A stretch of DNA of 64,000 nt from Halobacteriovoraceae bacterium. GTDB lineage: Bacteria; Bdellovibrionota; Bacteriovoracia; Bacteriovoracales; Bacteriovoracaceae. Position numbers and translations under genes: made by a program. The stretch lies in assembly GCA_963719505.1 (NCBI GenBank), contig CAVRCF010000001.1, forward strand, positions 608,001 through 672,000, written 5' to 3'. The notes beneath the pieces are model-generated. The model saw only the letters and a program-made list of their open reading frames with translations, was not told the DNA's origin and searched no databases. Position 1 is the stretch's first letter. Each line of letters starts with the position of its first letter. Shown here piece after piece: positions 18,572 through 28,507 of the stretch.

Positions 18572-19513
18572 ATGACAAACCAAACAACTTTCAAGTTAAC
18601 TCTCTCACTTTTAGCATTACTTTTTGTTATTAACTCAAACGCTAATGATAAAGTCATTTACGGTGAGGATGACAGGCTTGACGTCTTTGAGGCCACAAAC
18701 AAAAAACACGTTGAGTTATCAAAGTCGACAGCGGCGATGATCCCAACTTATAAAATCAAATCCCTAAATAGTTATGAAGTTCTACTTTCAGGGAGAAGTT
18801 TAGAGGAGGGCGGAAAGTGTGCATCTGAAAAATTTGCAGCTCAACCCACAGTTGCCAACTGCTCAGGATTTTTAGTTGCGAAAAATAAACTTGTAACGGC
18901 CGGTCACTGCATAAAGTCTCAATCTGACTGTGAGAGTAACTCATGGGTTTTTGATTATAAAGTTTCTTACTCCGCTCAAGATGAAGTTGTTGTGGATAAG
19001 AGCAAAGTTTATAAGTGTAAATCAATCATTTCTAGAAGCTTGGATTCAAGTTCTCAAAATGACTATGCGCTTATTGAACTTGCAGAAGATGTTGAAGATA
19101 GAAAGCCTTTAAAGTTTAGAAAGACAGGAAAAGCCAAGGTTGGGGATGAGTTAGTTGTTATTGGTCATCCGACGGGTCTTCCAACAAAAATAGCAGCGGG
19201 AGCTAAAGTTAGAAAAGTGGGGAGCGTTTTCTTCACGGCTAACTTAGACACATATGGAGGAAACTCTGGCTCGGCTGTTTTCAATGCCACAACAGGAGTC
19301 ATCGAGGGAATATTAGTTAGAGGAGATACTGATTATGTTTGGAGTTCAGCTCAGGGCTGTCAGGTTTCAAATGTTATCTCTAACTCAGGCGGAAGAGGAG
19401 AAGATGTGACTCTTATAACAAATATAAAAGAATTATCATCTATCACTCAGAAGAAGAAGAAACTGTTCAACAACCGACAAAGCCAGACTATAGTCATCTA
19501 CCAGCCTGGTTAA
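18572..19513 (+). CDS. Secreted trypsin-like serine protease (S1); true C-terminus may extend to 19536 in the -1 frame
   Basis: Signal peptide; VIYGEDDR mature start; TAGHC, DYAL and GNSGS catalytic triad motifs. Confidence 0.9.
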   Translation: MTNQTTFKLTLSLLALLFVINSNANDKVIYGEDDRLDVFEATNKKHVELSKSTAAMIPTYKIKSLNSYEVLLSGRSLEEGGKCASEKFAAQPTVANCSGFLVAKNKLVTAGHCIKSQSDCESNSWVFDYKVSYSAQDEVVVDKSKVYKCKSIISRSLDSSSQNDYALIELAEDVEDRKPLKFRKTGKAKVGDELVVIGHPTGLPTKIAAGAKVRKVGSVFFTANLDTYGGNSGSAVFNATTGVIEGILVRGDTDYVWSSAQGCQVSNVISNSGGRGEDVTLITNIKELSSITQKKKKLFNNRQSQTIVIYQPG

Positions 19514-19562
19514 GAAGATGGTTGGGGCTAGTTTAATTTTAAAAATATAAAAAGGAAGTTTT

Positions 19563-19590
19563 AAAGCCCACTAAAATGTGGGCTTTTTTT
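19563..19590. terminator. Intrinsic terminator between convergent genes, probably bidirectional
   Basis: AAAGCCCAC-TAAAAT-GTGGGCTTT with flanking A/T runs. Confidence 0.85.
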
Positions 19591-22500
19591 ATTCGTTAGT
19601 TCCGTAAAGGAGTGTCTCGTCTTGATCAGCGGCGGAATTGTAGTTATTTGGTTGGTACCAAGCTCCCACTGGAACCGTCGAAATAAACCTCTGACCTGCT
19701 GTCGGATTTGCTAAGCGCACCTTGTAGGGTGCATTCGTATTTGCTCCTGAACGAGTAAGAGTTAAAGTGGCAGTCGTTGTTCCAGCAGAGTTAACAACAG
19801 CTATCGTTCCAGGGATTTTACTAGCGAAAGCTATATAGTCCGAATTTGTTGGAAGTATATATTTCGTTTTCATGAGATTTGTCGAAATAAATGCAGCCGA
19901 ACATAGTCCATCTGAGTCAGCGAAAGAGGCTCCACTTATTTTCTTATCAGCCGTAATTAAGAGACTTTCACTTTGATAAAGTGTTCCTGTTCCTTGTGGG
20001 GTTATTCTGATGTCTCCAGACTTATTCAGTGATCCGGTTGCTGTAACAGAGTTTGAGTGGATAGCTGAATAGTTTGTTCCGTCAGTAAAAGTGGTCAAAG
20101 TCATTGAGGCTGTTGGAAAACCAATTATTTGTGTGAAGCCGGGAATAAGAGGACTCGGATCTTGAAGGTCTCCTCCTCCTGTCGAAAGAGAATAAGCTAA
20201 AATATTTCCTGTCGACTCTACTTGGTAACTACCGTAATCAGACCAAGCAAGCGTTGTTCCGCTACCTTTGGTAAGAGTTGCACTTGCTAAAAGTGTTGCC
20301 CCTTGCCTTACTTCGATAATTGCATCTTCAATGGCATAGACCTCTAAGTTTTGCGGACTTGTTCTTGTGGCGTTAAAGGAAAATGACTTTCCGGCCCATT
20401 CAGCAGGGTTCCAAGCAATATTCGCGGACTTATCCGCTTGGTCAGCGCTTGAGCGTTTACCCGCCGTAAAGATGGGCTTATCAGCATCAATAATATCGTA
20501 CTTGGCTGAAGTAAACGCAAAGGTCTGTCCCTGATTAAGTGTCGTTAAAGGTGCACCGTTTAGAGTAATGGTCGTGCCATTTTGAAAGGCAGCAACAGTT
20601 GTGGCTGTTGAACCACCGACATTCATCGCGGAGTATGGACCAAAAATAGTATCTTCTGGTTTTGTTTCTGCTTCGGCAATTGCACTCCATTCGGATTCAC
20701 TGGTAGTGTCATAAATGACTTTTGCCCTAAATTCATAGATAGTGCTGGCATCAAGTCCTGTAACTTCAGCGAATGTATTGGAGCTTGATCCATCTGAAAA
20801 AAGAAGCCAAGCAGTAGAACCTTTCAGTCTATAATTAATAATATAGTCATCAATAGTGAATCCACCAGGAGTATCGAGTTCCCAATTTAGACTAACACTA
20901 GTACTTAAAGTCGTTGGAGCTGAGAAAAAAGATATCGTCGGTGTACTTGTCGATTTATTTATCGTTTTTGTTACCTGAGTCGCTGTTGAGTGATCTGCCG
21001 TTAACAAAATCCCCGTTGCATCTGCTAGAGATGATACATCGACCGGTCCCGAACTCCATGTTCCTGAAGTACAAGAAAGAGTGTAAGGGAGACCACCGAT
21101 GTCTAAATTAACACTTGAACCATTTTGAGAACAAGTTCCTGAAGTCGTATAACTATTCTCATTGACCGAGGTTATATCAGGGGCTGATGAAATCGTTACA
21201 GTTTCAGCAGCTGCATCTTTTACGATATTGACAGAGTCTTGAGTGGCCGTTGAATGATCAGCCGTAATAGTAACTACGCCATCAGCTAAGCCAGAAACAT
21301 TAGTTGTCGTCGTCGAAAATGAACTACCAGAGCAGTTCGCGGTCTTACTTATTCCGCCAATATCGATTGAAACAATCGTTCCACTTTGAGAGCAAATACC
21401 AGAGACCACGTAGCTAGTCTGATTCGACAAGTCTATGTTAGGTGCATTGGTAATTGTTACCGTCGGTGTGGCCGTCGTCTTTGTAATATTTTTTGTATCG
21501 GAGCCCGTATTCCCTGCTGCATCGGTTTGAGAAGCCAAAATTGTAACAGCCCCGTCAGGAATAGATGAAACATCTTGGCTGCCAGAGTTCCAAGAATTAG
21601 AAGTACAGACTGGGGATAAGTTGATGCTAGAGATAGAGACACTTACGACTTCTCCATTTTCATCACACGAACCTGAGATAAAATAGTTTGATTCGTTGCC
21701 AGGAATAATATTCGGTGAATAGGTAATAGCCACAGTTGGACCAGTCGTATCTTTGTCAACCGTTGTTGTAACAGTCGTTGAAGTGTTTCCGGCATCGTCC
21801 GTCTGAGTTACAGAAATAGAAATATTTGAGCCATCAGTTACAGATGTGGCATTAACATTAACCGAGTAAGCTCCACTAGAGCATGACCCAGTGGCAGTAG
21901 ACCCTCCGACAGAGACATCAATTGAGCCAGAGTCCTCTGAGCAAGTACCAGAAACTGGATAGCTAGACTCATTAGATTGTATAATATTTCCTTGAGCCCC
22001 AATAGTTACCGTCGGCGCAACGGTGTCTTTCGTAACAGCAATATTTGCGCTGACACCAGTATTAGCTGAGGCGTCAGAAATTTCGGCAGTCATTAAATAA
22101 GTTATTTCACCCAAGCCGGTTGTATCAATTGTCCCTGAGAAAGTGGTGCCATTACAAAGCATTCCAACTGGACTTGTGGCAAGTACTCCATCAAGTTTAA
22201 TGATAACCGTTTCTCCATTTTCACTACACGTTCCACTAACAGCAAAGCTTGTAGAGTCAGAAACTGAATTGATAAAGCTAGCTTGAATTGGTGATGTTAT
22301 GGCCACAAGTGGAACCTCAACATCTTTGATAACGCTTACAGTACTTTGAGTTGCGGGATTTCCAGCTGCATCGGCTATGTCGGCAGTTACTGATACTGAA
22401 GCATTGTCAGCCTCTGCGGAAACATCCCAGTTTGTTACTGACCAGCTTGTTGTTGAACAGGTTGCTGTTGTTGTTAAAGCGCCAAAAGCTACATTTACAG

Positions 22501-25500
22501 TTGCTGCATCTTCATCACAAGTTCCACTAACTGAATAAGAACTTACATTTGCATTGGCAAGGTTGACATCATCGGCTGCTGTAATGGCAATCAGTGGAGC
22601 GATAGTGTCTTTAACAACAGTTGTTGAATCAGTAGAGGTTCCATGAGCTACCTCTACTGTAACTGCTCCACCATCTGTTGCACCAGAAACATCGAAAGCA
22701 GCCGTTGTAAATGCACCAGCGGTACAAGTAGGCGTCGCAACTTCCGTACCACCCACAGTAACTGTGACAACCTCAGTGTCTACTGAACATGTACCAGTCA
22801 CAATATAATTTGTTTCATTCGCAAGATTGATGATGGGGGAAGAGGTTAGCGCAACAGTATAACTTACTTTATCGACACTGTTGGCTGCACTTGTCGTGAG
22901 GTTCCCAGCAGCATCAGTTATTTCGACTGTGAAAAGATGGCCAGTAGCGTTTGGAATAACGGTAGAATCAAAAGTTCCAGTCCAATTGGTCCCATCACAA
23001 ACAAATCCAGTTTGGGAAGTGGCTAGGCTTCCATTTACCTTAAGTTCAGCAACAAGAGTATTTTCATCACAAGAACCAGAAGCTGCAAATGTATTTGAAT
23101 CTGTAATTGCTGTAATGGTTGAAAGGTCTGCTGGGGTTGTTAAAGTCACCACTGGAGCAATAGTGTCTTTTGTTATGTTAACTCCGATTGAGGTGATATC
23201 ATTTCCACCAGCATCAGCAAGATAAGCTGTGAACTCTAAAGATCCTTGAGTAAGACCTGTTGAATCAATTGTTCCTGTAAAATTTGTGCCATCACAGCTA
23301 AAACCAGTCTGTCCAGCTGCGGCTGAACCATCAACTCTAATCTCAACTGTTTGTCCACTTTCGTTACAAGTTCCACTTACAGCGAATGCAGCGGAGTCGT
23401 TTGCAATATTTATATAAGCACCATCAGTGGGAGAAGTAATTGCAACAGTCGGTAGAACTGTGTCTTTTGTTACATTATTTGGGAGACTTGCTCCAATATT
23501 TCCAACAGCATCTGATAGCTCTGCCGTAAAAGCATAAACACCATCAACGTAGCCTGTGGTATCAATTGTTCCGGTAAAGTTTGTACCATCGCATGAAATA
23601 ATTGACTGACCTGTTGCAACTGCTCCATCGAGTTTAATAACAACACTTGCTGCACTCTCATCACAAGTTCCGCTAACTGGGTAAGTAGCAGAATCATCAG
23701 CAAGTAAAATAAAAGTTGAATCTGCTGGAGTCGTTATTGCAATTGTTGGAAGTACGGTATCTTTTATGACATTTGTTGTGGCTTGTATTCCCGGATTCCC
23801 AGCACTATCAGTAATATCAGCTGTGATATTTACTGAAGCATTGTCAGCCTGTGCAGAAATATCCCAAGCGGACTTTGTAAAAACACCACTTGAACAAGTC
23901 ACTGAACTATCGGTTATGTTTCCGAATTCTAAATTGATTGTTGCAGACTCTTCATCACAAGTCCCAGTTAAAGTATAAGCAGTACTATTGGCCAAATTAA
24001 CATTAATAGCAGGATCAATTGCTATAATAGGAGCCACTGTATCTTTTGTAATATTAATATTAGGGCTAATACCTGTATTGTTTCCCAGGTCAGTTAGTTC
24101 AGCTGTTATAACGAGAGCTCCCTCTGCGATACCTGTGGTATCTATTGTTCCAGAAAAACTAGCACCATTACACAACAGACCAGTTGGATTCGAGGCTGTA
24201 GAGCCATCCACTTTGATGACAATGGTTTGACCAGCAACATTACACGTTCCGGCGACAGCAAAAGCTGTCGAGTCAGAAGCAATATTAATAAAACTCAGAT
24301 CTGCTGGTGTAGAGATAGCAACTATAGGAGCTATTGCATCAACTAAGACGGTTGGAAAATTCGTTGAACTCAAGTTTAAGTAGGCATCATTTCCATTAAC
24401 GTCTTTTGCCGTTGCTGTTAAAAGATCGATTGAGGCTGACAGGTCGATGCCATCGGTGTCTTCATTCCCTGTCGTGACTGTGTAACTAAAAGTTAGTGAT
24501 GTCGTCGCTGACCCTGAAGTGAACAAAGCTTTTGGTGTTCCAACGGGTGTTTCAAAAATCAAAGGAAGTTCAGGTATGTCTCCTGTTATCGTGACTGCAT
24601 CATCGTAGGTTAAGATAATATCAATTTGATCGTTCTCTCCATAAGTACCAGCTGTAATTGTTACGTTGGTAATTGTGGGTCTTACACCATCAACAAGTGA
24701 AGATGCAAAAGTGGTAGAGGGAACAATATTATTAAGGGCATTTCCAACTGCATCGACAATGCCTACTCCTCCAGTGATTGAAGCTGCACCAACAATTCCA
24801 TCGGTATCTAAATCATTCTCTAAAACAGTGTACGAGTATGTAATTGTATTTGCTGTTGTTGCTGATTGAGTTGCCGTAACTGTCGCGGTTCCAATTGTTA
24901 AGTCGATTGTTTCAGATCCAACGGGGGTTATGTTTTCTGAAAATGTTAAAACCATATCAATGACATCACCAATAATATAAGTATCAGCAGCAATCGTATT
25001 TGAGGAAATAGTAGGAACAATAGTATCTTTTATAACTGTTGCCGTTGCTTGTATCGCGGCATTTGTTCCAGCGTCATTATGATCGGCAGTGATAATTAAG
25101 TCGGCGACTGTATTGTCAGCAGACTCTGTAGCGGCAGTGACATCAGTCGTTGTGGACCACGCTAAAGCTGAACATGGAGCCGTGTCAGTAACACCTCCAA
25201 TATCAATATTTACATCTTGGCCATTTTCAGAACAGGTACCACTAATAGTATATGTTGAAACATTACTCGCAGAAACTGTAGGGCTGACATCAATTGTGAC
25301 GGTGGGTATAACTCCATCAATTAAAATTCCACTCGAGTCAGGTGGCGTGTGAGTGAGTGTAGCGTCGTTTCCATTAATATCTTGAATAAGCGCCCCAACA
25401 GGAAGATCTAGAGGAGATACTAATTCAATTCCATCTAAGTCTTCTTCGCCTGCAAGCACTGTATATCTGAATGTTACTGCACTCGTCGTTGAACCACTTA

Positions 25501-28243
25501 AGTAGTCAGCGTAAACAGTTCCCGTGCTGAGAGTAATAGCAAGTCTTGGAGTATTTGTAATTGTAACGTTGTCATCAAAGTTGACAATGAAGTCTACTGT
25601 ATTACTTATGATATAAGTATTATCAGCTGGAAGAGTAATTGAGGTAATTGTTGGAATTACGGCATCAACAAGGACTAAAGACAAATTTGGTAAAGCCGTA
25701 AATGCACCTAGGTTTGTATTGCTGTCATTTGTTCCAATGTCTTGAATTGTTCCACCATTTAAATCTAGTGTAGTACCGACAAAACTGATTCCATTTGTAT
25801 CTTCATCAGGACTTATGACTGTGTATTGAAATAGTAAAGACGTCGTCCCATCTCCTGAAGTGTAGTCCGCATACTTTGTGACTCCACCAACGTCGATGGC
25901 AATCCTTGGCGTTCCTGTTATAGAGACGTTTTCGTTATAGTTGAGTGTAAAATCAACTGTCTCATTTAAAATATAAGTTTCAGGTGTGGGTGCAGTGATC
26001 GTTACAACATAAGGAACAAGTGAGTCTATCAGGACTCCAGTTGTATCTGGTAGAGTGAAGGTTAAATCTAGGTTGTTTCCGATAACATCTCTTAAATTTG
26101 AACCATTTGTTTGGATTGGAGAGACCATCGTAATTCCATCATGATCTTCAAGACCTTGAGGGAGTGTGAGTGCAAAATACAGTGCAGTGGTTCCTGTACC
26201 CGAAAGATAAGTTGCAAAGGCTTGTTGGCCTCCGATATCTAATTCTATTCTTGGTATTCCACCACTAATATTTATTGGCACATTTGTATTTACAGTAAAG
26301 CCAAGAACATCTGTTTCATTATAATATTGATTCGCCGGTGGCGTGATGGAGATGATCTGTGGGGGCTCATAATTAACATTGATCAGAGTTGTATCAGGAG
26401 CAAATACTGAAAAGTCTAGTTGTCCCGCAAGGGCGACCGAGTCTGAAATTGTTCCTGCATTTAAATCTATTGTCGGAGAAGGAATTTGTATTCCATTGTC
26501 ATCGATATCAGCGGCACCTACAAGATATGTAAACACTAAGTCTGTCGATGTCGATGCACCAGTGTTATAAATGGCATATTCAGTTGAACCACCCACATCT
26601 AAAGCTACGCGAGGAGATCCCGTTACAATAACATTTTCATGATAGGTGATTGTTAAATTTATCTCTTGTCCTATTGTGTAGTTTGCATTGGGAGAGATCG
26701 CTACTGCTGTAATCTCAGGATTTTTTGCATCCACTAAAATATTAGAGGAATCGATAAGAGAAATCGGCGTTGTAAGAATATTACTTGCTGTTACCGCATT
26801 TGTTCCAATTATTGTTCCCGTATTTGGTTCTAACGGGGATCGAATTTCAATTCCATCTAGGTCTTCTTCTGTGTTCGAGACAACGTATCTAAAAATTAAA
26901 TTATTAGTCCCTGTTCCTGAACTATAATCAGCATAGACTAAACCTGGGGAATTTGAGTTAAGAAGAATCGCAACTCTCGGTATCCCGGTTACATTGACGC
27001 TGGTATTATATGTAAGAGTAAAAAATAACTGCTCGCCTTCCAAGTAAGTTTTGTCTATTGGTGGTGTTATTGAAATAACTTCTGGCAAAGTTGCTTCTAC
27101 TAAAACATTGACCGTAGAGGGTGGATTTATTTCTGCAAGTGAATCAAACAGACCAACGTCTTGTATTGTGGCACCATCAAAATTTATTGCAGGTTGAATT
27201 AAAATTCCATCGGAGTCAGCATCACCTGTGACGACAATATATCTAAACAGGAGTGTGTCGGTGCCGGAACCAGAAATATATTGTGCTTCCCTAGTCACGC
27301 CTCCAATATCGAGATCGACTTTAGGAATACCTGCTGCAACATTGACGATCTCTGTAAAAACTAGAGAGACTTCAATCGCCTCTCCTGGTTTATAGGTGTC
27401 ATTTGGAGGCGGTATAACTTGTTTCACATAAGGCTGATCTCCATTAATATTGATCATTGAATTAGCTAAAGTTGCTGGTGTGAGATCTGCATTATTAGTT
27501 GCTGCATCTTGAATTGTACCACCATTTAGGTTTAGTGAAGTCACAGCATAACCTGTAAGGTCTAATTCGGTTCCCCCAACAGTGGCCCTAAAAAAAAGAT
27601 TAGATGTTCCATTTCCTGAAACGAGTTGAAGTTGTTTTGGAGTTCCTTCAATATCAATCTCAAGAGTTGGTGCTCCAGTAATCGTGACCGATTCTGAAAA
27701 TGCCAGTGTTATCTCAATAGCTTGATCGAAGTAGAGAGTTGAAGTTGGAATTGCTAAAGGTGAAACTAAAGTTACAGCGGGTACAATTGAATCAATTTTT
27801 ACATTGGAGTATGTCGTGTCACCAATTGAGGTATTTGAGTCAACGGCAACACCATTGTTATCAAACTGAATTGTTCCACCGTTGAGATCTAAGTCTGCAA
27901 TAAGTTCTACTCCACTGTAGTCTTCTACTCCCGCTGGTACTATATACTCAAACACTAATGTTTTTGAATTTGATCCAGACAGATAATTAGCGTAAGCTGT
28001 TGCTCCATCAACATCAAGAACGAGTCTTGGTGTTCCAGTAACAGTTAAAGTCGCTGGATGTGAAACTTTAAAGAGTATTGATTCATTTTCTTTATATATT
28101 TTATCAACTGGAGGTGTAACAGCTATCAAGTTTTCAGACGGTTTATTACCTGCGAAAAAATTATCACCAAGATCTTTTTCTTCACTTTCAAAATTACATC
28201 CTGAAAGTAAAATCGTTAAAATGAAAAATGCAAAATACTTCAA
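19589..28243 (-). CDS. Giant surface lipoprotein/adhesin with Ig-like repeats, FN3 domain and C-terminal IgGFc-binding-like domain
   Basis: TTG start, lipobox LLSGC; about 10 repeats of SGxGT..L.F.Y.V..G..D.DGI type and about 13 GTC...C repeats; FN3 (VSLNW...YIINYR...GL..STIYEFRAK); unique ~350-aa C-terminus. Confidence 0.88.
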   Translation of the reverse strand: MKYFAFFILTILLSGCNFESEEKDLGDNFFAGNKPSENLIAVTPPVDKIYKENESILFKVSHPATLTVTGTPRLVLDVDGATAYANYLSGSNSKTLVFEYIVPAGVEDYSGVELIADLDLNGGTIQFDNNGVAVDSNTSIGDTTYSNVKIDSIVPAVTLVSPLAIPTSTLYFDQAIEITLAFSESVTITGAPTLEIDIEGTPKQLQLVSGNGTSNLFFRATVGGTELDLTGYAVTSLNLNGGTIQDAATNNADLTPATLANSMININGDQPYVKQVIPPPNDTYKPGEAIEVSLVFTEIVNVAAGIPKVDLDIGGVTREAQYISGSGTDTLLFRYIVVTGDADSDGILIQPAINFDGATIQDVGLFDSLAEINPPSTVNVLVEATLPEVISITPPIDKTYLEGEQLFFTLTYNTSVNVTGIPRVAILLNSNSPGLVYADYSSGTGTNNLIFRYVVSNTEEDLDGIEIRSPLEPNTGTIIGTNAVTASNILTTPISLIDSSNILVDAKNPEITAVAISPNANYTIGQEINLTITYHENVIVTGSPRVALDVGGSTEYAIYNTGASTSTDLVFTYLVGAADIDDNGIQIPSPTIDLNAGTISDSVALAGQLDFSVFAPDTTLINVNYEPPQIISITPPANQYYNETDVLGFTVNTNVPINISGGIPRIELDIGGQQAFATYLSGTGTTALYFALTLPQGLEDHDGITMVSPIQTNGSNLRDVIGNNLDLTFTLPDTTGVLIDSLVPYVVTITAPTPETYILNETVDFTLNYNENVSITGTPRIAIDVGGVTKYADYTSGDGTTSLLFQYTVISPDEDTNGISFVGTTLDLNGGTIQDIGTNDSNTNLGAFTALPNLSLVLVDAVIPTITSITLPADNTYIISNTVDFIVNFDDNVTITNTPRLAITLSTGTVYADYLSGSTTSAVTFRYTVLAGEEDLDGIELVSPLDLPVGALIQDINGNDATLTHTPPDSSGILIDGVIPTVTIDVSPTVSASNVSTYTISGTCSENGQDVNIDIGGVTDTAPCSALAWSTTTDVTAATESADNTVADLIITADHNDAGTNAAIQATATVIKDTIVPTISSNTIAADTYIIGDVIDMVLTFSENITPVGSETIDLTIGTATVTATQSATTANTITYSYTVLENDLDTDGIVGAASITGGVGIVDAVGNALNNIVPSTTFASSLVDGVRPTITNVTITAGTYGENDQIDIILTYDDAVTITGDIPELPLIFETPVGTPKALFTSGSATTSLTFSYTVTTGNEDTDGIDLSASIDLLTATAKDVNGNDAYLNLSSTNFPTVLVDAIAPIVAISTPADLSFINIASDSTAFAVAGTCNVAGQTIVIKVDGSTASNPTGLLCNGASFSGTIDTTGIAEGALVITAELTDLGNNTGISPNINITKDTVAPIIAIDPAINVNLANSTAYTLTGTCDEESATINLEFGNITDSSVTCSSGVFTKSAWDISAQADNASVNITADITDSAGNPGIQATTNVIKDTVLPTIAITTPADSTFILLADDSATYPVSGTCDESAASVVIKLDGAVATGQSIISCDGTNFTGTIDTTGYVDGVYAFTAELSDAVGNIGASLPNNVTKDTVLPTVAITSPTDGAYINIANDSAAFAVSGTCNESGQTVEIRVDGSAAAGQTGFSCDGTNFTGTIDSTGLTQGSLEFTAYLADAGGNDITSIGVNITKDTIAPVVTLTTPADLSTITAITDSNTFAASGSCDENTLVAELKVNGSLATSQTGFVCDGTNWTGTFDSTVIPNATGHLFTVEITDAAGNLTTSAANSVDKVSYTVALTSSPIINLANETNYIVTGTCSVDTEVVTVTVGGTEVATPTCTAGAFTTAAFDVSGATDGGAVTVEVAHGTSTDSTTVVKDTIAPLIAITAADDVNLANANVSSYSVSGTCDEDAATVNVAFGALTTTATCSTTSWSVTNWDVSAEADNASVSVTADIADAAGNPATQSTVSVIKDVEVPLVAITSPIQASFINSVSDSTSFAVSGTCSENGETVIIKLDGVLATSPVGMLCNGTTFSGTIDTTGLGEITYLMTAEISDASANTGVSANIAVTKDTVAPTVTIGAQGNIIQSNESSYPVSGTCSEDSGSIDVSVGGSTATGSCSSGAYSVNVNATSVTDGSNISISVTQTDDAGNTSTTVTTTVDKDTTGPTVAITYSPNIIPGNESNYFISGSCDENGEVVSVSISSINLSPVCTSNSWNSGSQDVSSIPDGAVTILASQTDAAGNTGSDTKNITKTTATPTVTITNAPNIDLSNQTSYVVSGICSQSGTIVSIDIGGISKTANCSGSSFSTTTTNVSGLADGVVTITADHSTATQDSVNIVKDAAAETVTISSAPDITSVNENSYTTSGTCSQNGSSVNLDIGGLPYTLSCTSGTWSSGPVDVSSLADATGILLTADHSTATQVTKTINKSTSTPTISFFSAPTTLSTSVSLNWELDTPGGFTIDDYIINYRLKGSTAWLLFSDGSSSNTFAEVTGLDASTIYEFRAKVIYDTTSESEWSAIAEAETKPEDTIFGPYSAMNVGGSTATTVAAFQNGTTITLNGAPLTTLNQGQTFAFTSAKYDIIDADKPIFTAGKRSSADQADKSANIAWNPAEWAGKSFSFNATRTSPQNLEVYAIEDAIIEVRQGATLLASATLTKGSGTTLAWSDYGSYQVESTGNILAYSLSTGGGDLQDPSPLIPGFTQIIGFPTASMTLTTFTDGTNYSAIHSNSVTATGSLNKSGDIRITPQGTGTLYQSESLLITADKKISGASFADSDGLCSAAFISTNLMKTKYILPTNSDYIAFASKIPGTIAVVNSAGTTTATLTLTRSGANTNAPYKVRLANPTAGQRFISTVPVGAWYQPNNYNSAADQDETLLYGTNE

Positions 28244-28281
28244 ATTTATTCCTATTTTTTAGCTCATCTCATCTCTCTATC

Positions 28282-28299
28282 GGTGGATAAGGTGGATAA
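28282..28299 (-). repeat. Tandem 9-bp direct repeat TTATCCACC x2 (DnaA-box-like)
   Basis: GGTGGATAA GGTGGATAA on +; each copy is one mismatch from TTATCCACA; overlaps a sigma28-like -10 (ACCGATAG) of the adhesin gene. Confidence 0.6.
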
Positions 28300-28507
28300 C
28301 CTGTATTGTAAGGTCTCACCTGAAACATTTTGCCGATTTCTTAAGAAAAAATTAAGGCAAGTGTTTTCAAATGGTTAGGGCGTTAAAAATGGATAAAAGG
28401 CATAAATTCCAAAAATAGAGAATCATAAATGACTCAGAAAATGGTCAAAATTGCATCTTTGGAGGGAAAGATTGTGCCCCTAAGTAATTGAATTTTTATT
28501 TGTTACA

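Noticed and set aside
20914-26927. Numerous short + strand and alternate-frame ORFs over the adhesin
   Set aside because: Shadow ORFs of a Thr/Ala/Val-rich repeat gene, with no RBS or motifs; the same applies to the other short ORFs nested in housekeeping genes
19589-28243. CRISPR array or DNA-level tandem repeat
   Set aside because: Repeats are visible only at protein level; no identical spaced nucleotide repeats
28321-28369. Imperfect inverted repeat TGAAACATTTTGCC...GGCAAGTGTTTTCA
   Set aside because: Several mismatches in AT-rich DNA and no adjacent transposase; not distinguishable from chance
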